DNA of 64,000 nucleotides from Bacteroidota bacterium (lineage in GTDB: Bacteria; Bacteroidota; Bacteroidia; Bacteroidales; JAIPAH01). This document shows positions 1 to 10,012 of this stretch, piece after piece (position 1 is the first letter of the stretch; each line of letters starts with the position of its first letter). Location of the stretch: assembly GCA_021767705.1 (NCBI GenBank), contig JAASSU010000001.1, positions 7,558 to 71,557 on the forward strand, written 5' to 3'. Under the pieces are notes generated by a model, which was not told where the DNA came from, did not search any database, and saw only the letters and a program-made list of their open reading frames with translations. The position numbers were made by a program, and so were the translations under genes.

Positions 1-1371
1 TTACTTGTATCCTTGGTGATAATCTTTGTGCTCTCAAATGCTATCGTTCGCCGGAAAAAGGCTGAGCGTTCGCTTATCCAAAAACAAAAACATCTTGAGA
101 AAAGCTTCCGTTTTCAGAAACTGATAGCTGATGTGGTGGCTTTATTAAACTCAACCAACGATTTTACCCGGGTTACAGATAAAATACTTCAGGCAATTAC
201 TGAATATTTCCATATTGGAAAGGTATCGCTTTATAATTTTAATGAAAACGAGTCTATCGTAAAAGTTATTGGTTCGAACATCTCCTCACAGGGGCAAGGC
301 ATTACGGAGCTCAGGGAAGCAGATTACCATAAGCTGAACCGCATTGTGGGTTTGGTGAGGAAAGAGAATTATTTTATTTCACATGACTTATCGAACCTTA
401 CTCAAGAGGAGTATGATTTTTACCGGCACCGCGAAATTGGAGCAATAGCAATTTTTCCTATCCGTATAGGCAAAAAAATATTTGGTATGGCGGGCTTCGC
501 ACAACCTCATCACCATCACTGGAAACAAGAACAGATCGATGAGCTGGCCACTATTGTGCGAATGATTGCCAATGCCTGGGAGCGTAATATCCAGATGAAC
601 CGGCACCTTGAGGCTGAAAAGAAAAATCTGAAAGCCAGTCAGATGATAGAAAAATCATCGCGGCTTGCTTCCGTAGGTGTGATGGCTTCGGGCATTACTC
701 ATGAAATCAATCAGCCGCTGAATGCACTGCGCGTCACTGTGGATAGCATAAAGTACTGGGAGCGTCGCAATAGCGGAGAGCTGCCTGAAATGATAGGTAA
801 CAAGCTGCAAACCTTATCGCAAGGTATAGCGCGTATTGACGAGATAATAAAGCATATGCGTAACTTTTGGGTGGCTCCGTCTGAGAGCGATACCCTGGAT
901 GAGGTAGACCTGAATAAAGCCTTGATGAATGCCTGGTCGCTTATCGAGCGCCAGATAAAAGATCATGGCATTGAAGGTTCGGTAATACTTCCCGATAAGA
1001 ACATCATGGTTAAGGCCAGTTTTATCCAGATAGAACAAATTATTATCAACCTGGTGGTCAACTCCATTCAGGCGCTTGATAAAAAAACCTCAGGACCAAA
1101 AAAAATCGAGATTGAGTCGGGAGAGGAAGATAAGTGTGCGCATTTGATTGTACGCGATAATGCCACAGGAATTCCCGGCGAAATGGGGGAGAAATTGTAC
1201 GACCCTTTTTATTCCACCAAGAAGGGAGACCAGGGAACCGGACTGGGATTAGCTATCGTAAAAACGTTTGTAGACAAACTGCACGGAAAAATCGATTATC
1301 GAAACAATGAGGATGGTGGCGTTACCTTTACGATTTCCATTTGTAAAACAGATAAAAAGAAGCAACAGTGA
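1..1371 (+). CDS. Sensor histidine kinase, 5'-truncated by the window edge (GAF-like sensor + HisKA + HATPase_c)
   Basis: The frame is open from nt 1, and the first residues look like the end of a TM helix. H-box is GITHEINQPLNAL. ATPase N/G boxes are VRDNATGIP and GTGLGLAIVK. The stop overlaps the next gene (GTGA). Confidence 0.85.
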   Translation, partial: LLVSLVIIFVLSNAIVRRKKAERSLIQKQKHLEKSFRFQKLIADVVALLNSTNDFTRVTDKILQAITEYFHIGKVSLYNFNENESIVKVIGSNISSQGQGITELREADYHKLNRIVGLVRKENYFISHDLSNLTQEEYDFYRHREIGAIAIFPIRIGKKIFGMAGFAQPHHHHWKQEQIDELATIVRMIANAWERNIQMNRHLEAEKKNLKASQMIEKSSRLASVGVMASGITHEINQPLNALRVTVDSIKYWERRNSGELPEMIGNKLQTLSQGIARIDEIIKHMRNFWVAPSESDTLDEVDLNKALMNAWSLIERQIKDHGIEGSVILPDKNIMVKASFIQIEQIIINLVVNSIQALDKKTSGPKKIEIESGEEDKCAHLIVRDNATGIPGEMGEKLYDPFYSTKKGDQGTGLGLAIVKTFVDKLHGKIDYRNNEDGGVTFTISICKTDKKKQQ

Positions 1372-2807
1372 AGATACTAATAGCCGATGATGATCAGTTA
1401 AGCCGGGATTCTATTGCCGGGTTCCTGCGTGAGCAGATGAATTATGAAGTGACTACCGCCAGCGATGGGGAGCAAGCAATGGAGGCTTTTCAGCATACCC
1501 CTTTTCCGGTAGTAGTGACAGACATGAAAATGCCCGGAATGAGTGGTATTGAGCTGATGAAAAAGGTTAAAGCACTGTCGGTAAATACCGAAGTGATTAT
1601 CATGACCGGATTTGGTGATATGGAAACCTCCATAGAAGCACTGAGGGCAGGAGCTGCCGACTATTTGCTTAAGCCCGTAAATATTGAAGAGCTGGCGCTG
1701 ACCATAGAAAGAATTGAAAAGTTTCATCAGCTCCGCTCCGAAAATCTACAGTTGAAAGATACGGTCCGCAGCAACGACGAAAAAGTTAAGGAAGACGACG
1801 CAAGGCTGTATTCTTTACAATCAACCTTACAGCAGGTAACACAATCGGGAGCGGTGGGCATTTTTTCTTCGGCCATGCAAAATGTCGTTGAATTATGTGA
1901 AAAGTATCACTTTGAAAGGGACGTGCCGGTACTCATTCAGGGGGAAACCGGAACAGGAAAAGAGATTGTGGCCCGCCTGTTACACCACGGGAAAGACGGG
2001 AAAGGCGAAAAGCCTTTTGTTCCGGTGAACTGTGCCGCAATAGCCCCTCATCTTTTCGAGAGTGAACTTTTCGGGTATGCCGAAGGGGCGTTTACCGGAG
2101 CCAGAAAGAATGGTGCTGCCGGAAAGCTGGAGCTTGCACAGGGTGGCACTTTGTTTATGGATGAGATTGGTGAAATGCCGAAGGAGTTTCAGCCCAAGCT
2201 GCTCAGGGCTCTGCAGGAGCGCGAGATCTACAGGGTGGGAGGAGAAAAAGCGATTAAGCTGGATGTGCGCTTTGTGTTTGCAACCAACCGCGACCTTCAG
2301 GAGATGGTTGAGAAGCAGGAGTTTCGTAACGATTTGTACTTCAGGCTCAACTTAGGTCAGATTGTGATTCCCCCTTTGCAGGAAAGAAAAGATGAGATAG
2401 TACCGCTTGCGCAGATGTTTCTTGAAAAATATGCCAAAAAGCGCAAAAAAGCATTCCGGTTTATCACAGAAAAGGCGCGCGAAATATTACTGTCCTATTC
2501 ATGGCCCGGAAATGTCAGGGAATTGCAAAACACCATCGAGCGTGTTGTCCTGCTTTATAACGGAGAGTCGGTAAAAGAAGAGCATCTGCGCTATCTTACA
2601 GACGACTCTTCGCAGACTACACTGCCAGCAGGAAACCTCATTGAAAACGGCAAGGTGGAGCTGCCAGAGGAAGGATTGTCACTCGAAGATCTCGAAAAAG
2701 AGATCGTATCAAAAGCCCTCAAAAAGTTCGATGGTAATAAAACCCGCGTTGCCGAATACCTGGGGATTTCAAGAAGCGCATTAAGAAGCCGCTTACGTAA
2801 ACTTTAG
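1368..2807 (+). CDS. Sigma-54-dependent response regulator (NtrC-family enhancer-binding protein: REC + AAA+ + Fis-type HTH)
   Basis: GTG start overlaps the kinase stop. REC domain has DD...VVVTDMKMPGMSG...LLKP. Walker A is GETGTGKE. The sigma-54 contact loop is YAEGAFTGA. C-terminal HTH is TRVAEYLGISRSALRSRLRK. Confidence 0.92.
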   Translation: MKILIADDDQLSRDSIAGFLREQMNYEVTTASDGEQAMEAFQHTPFPVVVTDMKMPGMSGIELMKKVKALSVNTEVIIMTGFGDMETSIEALRAGAADYLLKPVNIEELALTIERIEKFHQLRSENLQLKDTVRSNDEKVKEDDARLYSLQSTLQQVTQSGAVGIFSSAMQNVVELCEKYHFERDVPVLIQGETGTGKEIVARLLHHGKDGKGEKPFVPVNCAAIAPHLFESELFGYAEGAFTGARKNGAAGKLELAQGGTLFMDEIGEMPKEFQPKLLRALQEREIYRVGGEKAIKLDVRFVFATNRDLQEMVEKQEFRNDLYFRLNLGQIVIPPLQERKDEIVPLAQMFLEKYAKKRKKAFRFITEKAREILLSYSWPGNVRELQNTIERVVLLYNGESVKEEHLRYLTDDSSQTTLPAGNLIENGKVELPEEGLSLEDLEKEIVSKALKKFDGNKTRVAEYLGISRSALRSRLRKL

Positions 2808-2828
2808 TTTTTCAGGAAAATCGACAGT

Positions 2829-3026
2829 TTGGATGCCATTCATCTCAAAGAAGCTTTGGGCTTACTTGATAATTACATTAAAAGTAAGGACAACACAAAA
2901 GAATGGGAAAAGCTAACTGTAGAACAACAGAATGGTATAAAAGAAGGTATCCGCCAAATACAAAACAATGAAGGGATACCCCATTCGGTTGTGATGGAAA
3001 AAAACAGAAACCGATACAATGACTGA
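2829..3026 (+). CDS. Small antitoxin-like ORF (addiction-module component) with no in-frame ATG; possibly decayed
   Basis: 65-codon ORF whose stop overlaps the ATG of the ParE-like fragment (ATGACTGA). The frame opens only at 2808, and TTG at 2829 is the only start-like codon. Confidence 0.35.
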   Translation: MDAIHLKEALGLLDNYIKSKDNTKEWEKLTVEQQNGIKEGIRQIQNNEGIPHSVVMEKNRNRYND

Positions 3027-3307
3027 AAGAATTATTTGGTCACCCAAAGCTGAAAAAGATTTGGAAAATATTCTTGATTACCTTTGTGAAAATTGGAGCC
3101 ATTCGGTTTCTGGATAATTTATCCTATCTCATTAAAAAAATTGAAAATACTCCCGATCGTTATCCTGTTATTAATAAAGATTTAAATGTTAGAAAATGTG
3201 TTTTGACAAAGCAAAACACTCTGTTTTATCGTGTAATCAACAATAAGATTGAGATTTTAAGAGTCTATGATACACGGCAGGATCCGAAAAAATTAAAGTT
3301 TTCCTAA
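3019..3307 (+). pseudogene. ParE/RelE-family toxin, frameshifted
   Basis: ATG at 3019 gives MTERIIWSPKAEKDLENILDYLCENWSHSVSG and then a stop at 3115-3117. The rest of the toxin (FLDNLSYLIKKIENTPDRYPV...FYRVINNKIEILRVYDTRQDPKKL) continues in the +1 frame, as track ORF 3074..3307. An indel near 3100-3110 is implied. Confidence 0.7.
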
Positions 3308-3345
3308 CTCCTCCTTGCAAAACCAGCTTTTCAGAATTTTAAAGT

Positions 3346-3410
3346 GTTCCATTTGGCCCATCTGTGCCAAATGGAACGGCGTTAACTGAACAATTGATCC
3401 ATTTGGATCA
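3346..3410. promoter_or_regulatory. Candidate enhancer (UAS) for the adjacent sigma-54 activator: two dyads sharing a CCAWWWTGG core
   Basis: The first dyad is a perfect 12-bp inverted repeat, GTTCCATTTGGC (3346-3357) and GCCAAATGGAAC (3366-3377), with an 8-nt spacer. The second is TGATCCA-TT-TGGATCA (3395-3410). Both lie about 115-175 bp upstream of the -24/-12-like element, and no T-tract follows them, so a terminator is unlikely. Confidence 0.45.
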
Positions 3411-3522
3411 GTTATGGTGAATATCAGGATGTGTTTCATTTAGACTTTACCGAATGGTTAACCCTTTAATAATCAATACTTTTAAAGTAGAATGATTTCA
3501 AATAGCCGGGTTTTTAATGCTT

Positions 3523-3538
3523 TGGCATTGCGCTTGAC
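3523..3538 (+). promoter_or_regulatory. Sigma-54 (-24/-12)-like promoter upstream of the lactate permease gene
   Basis: The sequence is TGGCAT-N5-TTGAC against the consensus TGGCAC-N5-TTGCW. The -24 GG is intact, but the -12 dinucleotide is GA instead of GC, which is one mismatch at a conserved position. It lies 38 nt before the ATG at 3576 and just downstream of a sigma-54 EBP gene. Confidence 0.45.
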
Positions 3539-3575
3539 ATAGGGTAACACTATCAAACACGAAAACTAACAAACT

Positions 3576-5228
3576 ATGAGCGCATTACTTGCATTTTTAC
3601 CTATTCTGCTTACCATTGTATTAATGGCAGGCTTCAATTGGTCAGCTAAAAAAGCTTTGCCACTGGCATTAGTAGTTGCTATAATGGTAGCCTTGCTTCA
3701 GTGGAACATGACGATAGAACATGTTTTAGGTTATACCTTTTTTGGGTTCTTAAAAGCCTTGGATATACTGATTATCATTTTCGGAGCTATCCTAATCCTG
3801 AATACGCTCAAACTATCCGGAGCCATGACCACCATCAACAATGGTTTTAATGGCATCACAACCGACCGCCGTGTTCAGGCAATTATCATCGGGTTTATGT
3901 TTGGTGCTTTCATTGAAGGGGCTGCCGGTTTCGGAACGCCCGCTGCACTTGCCGGACCATTATTGGTTGGCTTGGGTTTCCCTCCGCTGGCTGCGGCCCT
4001 GGTGGCATTAATTTTTAATAGTGTTCCTGTTCCTTTTGGAGCTGTGGGAACACCCATTTTTGGAGCTATGAGTACGCTCGAATCAAACATCGCCTCAACG
4101 GGTGTGGCACCCGAAACGTTCAAAATGGCACTGACCGAATGGATTGCTATACCGAATGGGATTGCCGGGATTTTTATTCCGTTGCTTGGTCTTATGATTA
4201 TGACCCGCATCTTCGGAAAAGAAAAGTCAATCAAGCCGGCCCTTGCCGCAGCTCCGTTTGCTATTTTCGCCGGACTGGCTTTTATGATCCCCTACGTTTT
4301 AATTGCCATCGTCTTCGGCCCTGAGCTGCCCTCACTTGTAGGTGCATTTATCGGTCTTGGAATAGTGGTCTTTGCTGCTAAACGTGGTTTCCTGGTGCCT
4401 AAAAAGAAATGGGATTTCCCTGAAGAGGCGGCATGGCCTAAAATATGGCGTTCAAATATTGATACTGGCAGCACAGGCCAGGCCAGGATGTCACTGCTCA
4501 AAGCATGGTCGCCCTATTTGCTTATCGCGATTATTCTTGTAGTAACAAGGATTCCGGCGTTTGGCCTGAAGCAACTGCTCGTAGATCAAAAGCTTATGCT
4601 CGATAATGTGGCCGGAATTGACGGCCTGAACTACTCCCTGAAGTGGGCCTACCTCCCCGGAACAATCCCTTTTGTGCTGGTGGCCCTTATCACGCACTTC
4701 CTTCATAAAATGAGCAGAAATGATGTAAAGAAAGCATGGAAACTTACGTTTAAACAAATTAGTGGTGCTGCCATCGCACTTTTTGCCGGTGTCGGAATGG
4801 TTCAGCTGATGCTGAATTCAGGCACAAACGGCAGTGGAATGGACAGCATGTTGACAATCATGGCGGAAGCTGCTGCCGGGATATCCGGCGCAGCCTATCC
4901 GTTTTTTGCAACAATTATCGGAATGTTGGGCTCCTTCATGTCAGGATCAGCCACCGTTTCCAATATCCTCTTTATGTCTTTCCAATTCGAAACAGCTACC
5001 ATTCTTGAGTTTCCGCAAATTCTAATCCTTTCTATGCAAGGCATTGGTGCCGGCATAGGAAATATGGTTTGTGTAAATAACGTAGTGGCCGTTGCGGCTA
5101 CAGTGGGATGCATCGGAGCAGAAGGAAAGATAATCAGAACCAATGCCCTCCCGGCATTTATCTACTACCTTATCATTACGCTGATTGTGGGAACACTCAT
5201 CTACAGTGGTTTTTCACCAATATTTTAA
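3576..5228 (+). CDS. lctP: L-lactate/glycolate permease (LctP family)
   Basis: 550 aa and polytopic. It has LctP-like stretches ([36 protein letters not shown]) and sits next to a lactate dehydrogenase gene. Confidence 0.85.
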   Translation: MSALLAFLPILLTIVLMAGFNWSAKKALPLALVVAIMVALLQWNMTIEHVLGYTFFGFLKALDILIIIFGAILILNTLKLSGAMTTINNGFNGITTDRRVQAIIIGFMFGAFIEGAAGFGTPAALAGPLLVGLGFPPLAAALVALIFNSVPVPFGAVGTPIFGAMSTLESNIASTGVAPETFKMALTEWIAIPNGIAGIFIPLLGLMIMTRIFGKEKSIKPALAAAPFAIFAGLAFMIPYVLIAIVFGPELPSLVGAFIGLGIVVFAAKRGFLVPKKKWDFPEEAAWPKIWRSNIDTGSTGQARMSLLKAWSPYLLIAIILVVTRIPAFGLKQLLVDQKLMLDNVAGIDGLNYSLKWAYLPGTIPFVLVALITHFLHKMSRNDVKKAWKLTFKQISGAAIALFAGVGMVQLMLNSGTNGSGMDSMLTIMAEAAAGISGAAYPFFATIIGMLGSFMSGSATVSNILFMSFQFETATILEFPQILILSMQGIGAGIGNMVCVNNVVAVAATVGCIGAEGKIIRTNALPAFIYYLIITLIVGTLIYSGFSPIF

Positions 5229-5238
5229 ATCTAGTACC

Positions 5239-8121
5239 ATGAAAAATTTACCTGAGGAATATCAATATCTGTATCAGAATCTCTCAAAAGTTATCGATGA
5301 AGAGAGGATGCTAACCAGCCCTTTGCAAACACTTGCATTCGGTACGGATGCCAGCTTTTATCGCTTGATTCCTAAAATTGTCATAAAAGCTAAGAATGCT
5401 GAAGAAGTTTCGGCAATTCTTAAAGAGTGTAATACCCTTTCCATACCTGTTACTTTCCGTGCGGCAGGCACAAGCCTCTCCGGACAGGCCATTAGCGACT
5501 CCGTTCTGATTGTTGCAGGTAACGACTGGAAACAGCATCACATACTTGATGACGGAGAGAAAATCCGCTTGCAACCCGGCGTAATTGGTGCGCATGCCAA
5601 CCAGGTGCTGAAGCCCTACAGAAAAAAAATAGGCCCCGATCCGGCCTCCATAAATGCAGCCATGATTGGGGGGATTGCTGCCAACAATGCCAGCGGCATG
5701 TGCTGCGGAACAGCGGAAAATTCATACAAGACCGTCGACAGCATGAAAGTGATTATGCAGGACGGAACCTTGCTGGACACTGGTAACGCCGACAGCCGAA
5801 AAGCATTTGAACAATCGCACGGTCAGTTGCTGAAAGACCTTCAATACCTTTCAGAGTCTGTGAGGGACAACAAAGAGCTTTCAGAGTTGATTTCCCACAA
5901 GTTTAAGATGAAAAATACGACGGGCTACAGCCTGAATGCTTTAGTGGACTTTTCAGACCCTTTCGATATTCTGGAACATTTAATGATTGGCTCGGAAGGA
6001 ACACTGGGATTTATTGCTGAAATTACCTACAAAACCGTAGTAGATCATCAATTTAAAGCAAGCTCGCTGATGACTTTCCCGGATATCGAGAAAGCCTGCA
6101 ATGCTGTGTCGCGATTAAAATCAGAGCCGGTGGCTGCGGTCGAGCTTATCGACAGGGCCGGGCTTCGCTCTATGGAGGATGCCGATGGGGTGCCGCCTTA
6201 CCTCAAAGAACTGTCTGACGGGGCATCATCAATCCTGGTGGAAACCACTTCTAACGACCGCGAAAAGCTGGCTCTGCAAATGAGGCAGATTAAAAAATCC
6301 ATCGTGGATATTCCAACGGAAATACCTATCACATTTACCGAAAAACCCGAAGAATATGCCAAACTTTGGAAGATACGTAAAGGGCTTTTCCCCTCGGTAG
6401 GTGCTATGCGCGAAGCCGGAACAACCGTGATTATCGAAGATGTGGCATTCCCTGTGCCACGCCTGGCCGAAGCTACGCTTGCGTTACAGGAGCTTTTCAG
6501 AAAGTATGAATATAATGAAGCGGTGATTTTTGGTCATGCCCTTGAAGGAAACCTGCATTTTGTCTTTAATCAGGATTTTAATGATAACCAGGAACTGGAA
6601 CGTTATAAGGCCTTTATGGATGAGCTGGCGATTATGGTGACGGAAAAATTTGATGGCGCCCTGAAAGCTGAGCACGGAACAGGCCGAAACATGGCCCCTT
6701 TTGTGGAGCAGGAATGGGGAACGCTGGCCTATGAGGTGATGAAGCAGGTAAAAAAGATCTTCGATGCTCAGGACCTGCTTAACCCGGGAGTGATTTTAAA
6801 TAATGATCCGGAGATTCATACCAAGAATCTAAAGCCAATGCCCGCAGCACATGAGTTGATCGATAAGTGCACGGAATGCGGGTTCTGTGAACCGGTATGT
6901 GTTTCGCACGATTTAACCATGTCGCCCCGACAACGAATTACTGTTTTCCGCGAAATGGAAAGATTAAAACAAAGTGGCCAGGAACCTCACATGCTGGCAT
7001 CACTGATGAAAGACTATGATTACAAGGCACTTCAAACATGTGCAACAGACGGATTGTGCGCGCTGAGTTGTCCGGTGAAAATCGATACCGGGAAACTGGT
7101 AAAGCATTTGCGTCATGAATCGCATACAAAGAATGACAAAAAAATCGCTGCATATCTTGCCCCGCGAATGAGCAAGGTGGGATCGGCGGCACGTATCGGT
7201 TTGAACATAGTGAGTATGGCGCACTCGGTATTGGGGACTAAACTGATGGGCGGCACTGCCGGAGCTGTAAGGAAGCTTTCGGGTAACCGTATTCCTCAGT
7301 GGAACGCCTATTTCCCGAAAGGGGCTCCTAAAGTGAAGCCAGAGCCTGTTAATAAAAACAATCCCGACAAGGTAGTCTATTTCCCGTCATGCATTAACCA
7401 GTCGATGGGGATTTCTAAAGATTATGATGAAAAAGTTTCACTGACAAATAAGGTAAAGAACCTACTGAAAAAAGCGGGTTTTGAGGTTCTTTATCCTGAA
7501 AATTTGTCAAATCTTTGCTGCGGCATGGCATACAGCAGTAAAGGGTTTAAAGAGGAAGGAAAGCGCAAGTCGGATGAGCTGGAAGCAGCGTTGTATGAGG
7601 CCAGCGAGCAAGGGAAATATCCGATCCTTTGTGATATGAGCCCTTGCCTGTTTACGATGAAAGAAAACATGGAGCCCAACCTGAAGCTTTACGAGCCGGT
7701 GGAATTTGCCATGGAATACCTTGTGCCGAGGCTTGAGTTTAAACCGGTGGATGAAACGGTGAGTGTATTTGCTGTTTGTAGTGCCAAAAAAATGGGTGTG
7801 GATCAGAAACTGGTTGACCTGGCAAAAATGTGTGCTACAAAAGTGGTGCAACCCAACACAAACTGTTGCGGATTTGCCGGAGACCGCGGGTTTACACATC
7901 CCGAACTCAACGCACATGGACTCAGAGAACTGAAGGCCCAGACACCAACACAGGTGAAGCACGGTTATGCCACCAGCCGCACCTGCGAAATAGGACTGTC
8001 GCGCCACAGCGACATTTCCTACAAATCGATACTCTATCTGGTAGATAAAGTAACCGAACCACGAAAAAGTAAAAAAACCAAACGGACATCAATAAAAGCA
8101 AGAAAAACAGAAAAAGTATGA
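5239..8121 (+). CDS. FAD-binding and Fe-S-binding D-lactate dehydrogenase (Dld-II type: FAD-PCMH oxidase + 4Fe-4S + two CCG-type Cys-rich domains)
   Basis: N-terminal FAD-binding oxidase domain (TFRAAGTSLSGQA, EGTLGFI). Ferredoxin-type motif CTECGFCEPVC plus CATDGLCALSCP. C-terminal CCG motifs (NLCCGMA, TNCCGFAGD). I prefer ATG 5239 (MKNLPEEY) because the track start 5185 overlaps lctP. Confidence 0.8.
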   Translation: MKNLPEEYQYLYQNLSKVIDEERMLTSPLQTLAFGTDASFYRLIPKIVIKAKNAEEVSAILKECNTLSIPVTFRAAGTSLSGQAISDSVLIVAGNDWKQHHILDDGEKIRLQPGVIGAHANQVLKPYRKKIGPDPASINAAMIGGIAANNASGMCCGTAENSYKTVDSMKVIMQDGTLLDTGNADSRKAFEQSHGQLLKDLQYLSESVRDNKELSELISHKFKMKNTTGYSLNALVDFSDPFDILEHLMIGSEGTLGFIAEITYKTVVDHQFKASSLMTFPDIEKACNAVSRLKSEPVAAVELIDRAGLRSMEDADGVPPYLKELSDGASSILVETTSNDREKLALQMRQIKKSIVDIPTEIPITFTEKPEEYAKLWKIRKGLFPSVGAMREAGTTVIIEDVAFPVPRLAEATLALQELFRKYEYNEAVIFGHALEGNLHFVFNQDFNDNQELERYKAFMDELAIMVTEKFDGALKAEHGTGRNMAPFVEQEWGTLAYEVMKQVKKIFDAQDLLNPGVILNNDPEIHTKNLKPMPAAHELIDKCTECGFCEPVCVSHDLTMSPRQRITVFREMERLKQSGQEPHMLASLMKDYDYKALQTCATDGLCALSCPVKIDTGKLVKHLRHESHTKNDKKIAAYLAPRMSKVGSAARIGLNIVSMAHSVLGTKLMGGTAGAVRKLSGNRIPQWNAYFPKGAPKVKPEPVNKNNPDKVVYFPSCINQSMGISKDYDEKVSLTNKVKNLLKKAGFEVLYPENLSNLCCGMAYSSKGFKEEGKRKSDELEAALYEASEQGKYPILCDMSPCLFTMKENMEPNLKLYEPVEFAMEYLVPRLEFKPVDETVSVFAVCSAKKMGVDQKLVDLAKMCATKVVQPNTNCCGFAGDRGFTHPELNAHGLRELKAQTPTQVKHGYATSRTCEIGLSRHSDISYKSILYLVDKVTEPRKSKKTKRTSIKARKTEKV

Positions 8122-9350
8122 ACTACAGACTGATAACCATAGTACTTTTAGCTTTACCTGTATGGCTCATTGCCCAGGAAGAAGGGGATTACAATGTAAG
8201 CATCAGCGGATTTGTGTCGTCGGAGAATATTTTTGATACGCGCCAAACGGTGACCGCACGCGAGGGCGATGTATTGCTCTATCCCGCACCGGTGGTGGAA
8301 GACCTTAGCGGGAACGATATCAACGGGCAATCAAGCTTTAACATGTTCAGCATCCACAGCCGCTTGCGGACAAGGGTTTCAGGCCCCCAAATGTTTGGGG
8401 CGGAATCGAGCGCGCTGGTCGAGATGGATTTTGTAGGAACATCAAACGCTGTGATGAGTATGATGCGCCTGCGCCATGCAATCATTAAACTCAACTGGGA
8501 GAACAGCTCACTGATGGCCGGACAGTATTGGCACCCGTTGTTTGTTACCGGCAGCTACCCTGAGGTATCGAGCTGGGGCGGAGGACTGCCCTACGCCATC
8601 CTTTCCAGGAATCCGCAAATCAGGTTTAAGCACCATTTCGGCCAACACTTCTTTGGCAGTATCACCGCACTGGTGCAACGCGATTTTGCCAGCCCGGGCC
8701 CAAAGGGAGCTTCATCCGAATACCTCAGGAATTCTTCAAAACCAGAACTTGATCTGCATCTCGAATATCATAAAAATGGCTGGAAACTTGGAACCGTGCT
8801 GGGCTATAAAGAGCTGAGGCCACGGCTTCAAAATGAAAATGGCCAGGTGGTTGACGAAACATTGGGCTCGGCCTTTGGAAGTCTGTATGTTCGTAAAGAC
8901 TGGAACAACTTCACTGCCAAAGTAAAAGCTGTTTACGGTGAAAACCTGTATAATTTCCTGATGCTCGGAGGCTATGCTTCTTACCAGGGGGTGAATGCCG
9001 GCGAGCTGGAGTATTCAAATTATGAAACAGGCAACTTATGGACTGAACTCATTTACAACAAGAATCAATTTATTTATTCGCTGTTTGCGGGATATACCCA
9101 AAATATGGGCGTGAACAGAGATGCAAACGAAGGGATGGACCTGGTTTACAGATACGCCCGCGGAACAGACATCGCCTATGCCTACCGTGTGGCTCCGAGG
9201 TTGGGATACAAAGTGAATAAATTTCTGATAATGGGCGAGGTGCTCCGTGATGTGGCCGCCTATGGCGAAGCGCAGCCCGACGGGGAGGTGTTAAATACCG
9301 AAGAGTCGACGAATATCCGAATCCAGCTTCATCTTAAATATAGTTTTTGA
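8118..9350 (+). CDS. Putative outer-membrane beta-barrel/porin-like protein co-transcribed with lctP-dld
   Basis: ATGA overlap with the dld stop. Signal peptide is MNYRLITIVLLALPVWLIAQ. It shows an alternating amphipathic pattern and a C-terminal aromatic residue (LKYSF). No family is recognised. Confidence 0.55.
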   Translation: MNYRLITIVLLALPVWLIAQEEGDYNVSISGFVSSENIFDTRQTVTAREGDVLLYPAPVVEDLSGNDINGQSSFNMFSIHSRLRTRVSGPQMFGAESSALVEMDFVGTSNAVMSMMRLRHAIIKLNWENSSLMAGQYWHPLFVTGSYPEVSSWGGGLPYAILSRNPQIRFKHHFGQHFFGSITALVQRDFASPGPKGASSEYLRNSSKPELDLHLEYHKNGWKLGTVLGYKELRPRLQNENGQVVDETLGSAFGSLYVRKDWNNFTAKVKAVYGENLYNFLMLGGYASYQGVNAGELEYSNYETGNLWTELIYNKNQFIYSLFAGYTQNMGVNRDANEGMDLVYRYARGTDIAYAYRVAPRLGYKVNKFLIMGEVLRDVAAYGEAQPDGEVLNTEESTNIRIQLHLKYSF

Positions 9351-9388
9351 TTCACTGGATTTTTTTAAATTCATGTTGATTGTTGAAA

Positions 9389-9417
9389 AGGCACCTTGTC
9401 ATGGGTGCCTTTTTTTA
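9389..9417 (+). terminator. Rho-independent terminator after the lactate operon
   Basis: AGGCACC-loop-GGTGCCT stem followed by TTTTTTT. Confidence 0.7.
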
Positions 9418-9492
9418 TGGAATAAACTCAACTGTCGTTTTCCCGACAGAATTCCCTTGCCCCCCGGTGTAGTTTTGCTTCAAAAGTAAATC

Positions 9493-9945
9493 ATGATAAA
9501 AGACAGCATTGCAGTTTCCGTATTTCTGTTCACCATGTATACACTCGCCTCTTTAGCAGGTGTAAACATAGCTTCGGGCGAAATTCTTTGCGGATGGCTG
9601 TTGAAACAGAAAAATTTATACAGCTTGCTCTCTTTTGTATTCATTTATTCTTTCACAGGATTTTTGTTGGGAAAATACATCCTGAACTTATGGTCTGGCG
9701 ACATCCTTATTAAAATATTCCTTTTCGGGATAAGCTTTTTTCTTCTGGATATTGCAGCAGCACTTTTTATTTTCAGACATGCCGGCATTTCTCTTTTCAT
9801 CGGGTTTTTGGAAAAACTCATGTTTGGGGCACTTATCCTTGTTTTCCTCTCCATTAAAGAAAAGGAGAGTCAAGTTATAGTCAGGAATGTAAAAGTTTCC
9901 GGACAGAAAATCTTAAAGTGTCAGCAAGCAGACAGATTGACTTAG
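9493..9945 (+). CDS. Hypothetical small membrane protein (about 4 TM)
   Basis: The ORF has a regular hydrophobic-segment pattern. No motif is recognised. Confidence 0.35.
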   Translation: MIKDSIAVSVFLFTMYTLASLAGVNIASGEILCGWLLKQKNLYSLLSFVFIYSFTGFLLGKYILNLWSGDILIKIFLFGISFFLLDIAAALFIFRHAGISLFIGFLEKLMFGALILVFLSIKEKESQVIVRNVKVSGQKILKCQQADRLT

Positions 9946-9955
9946 CAAAGCACAC

Positions 9956-9963
9956 TAATTTTG
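9956..9963 (+). promoter_or_regulatory. Bacteroidota-type -7 box (TAnnTTTG) for the precursor gene
   Basis: TAATTTTG lies 50 nt upstream of the ATG at 10013 and after the stop of the preceding ORF. Confidence 0.4.
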
Positions 9964-10012
9964 AACCATTATAAATAAAGAAAATAATTTTAATCATTTA
10001 AAACTAAATTTT

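Noticed and set aside
5185-5238. Upstream extension of the dld ORF that overlaps lctP by 44 nt
   Set aside because: The extension encodes an implausible peptide. ATG 5239 (MKNLPEEY) sits just after the lctP stop and is the more likely start.
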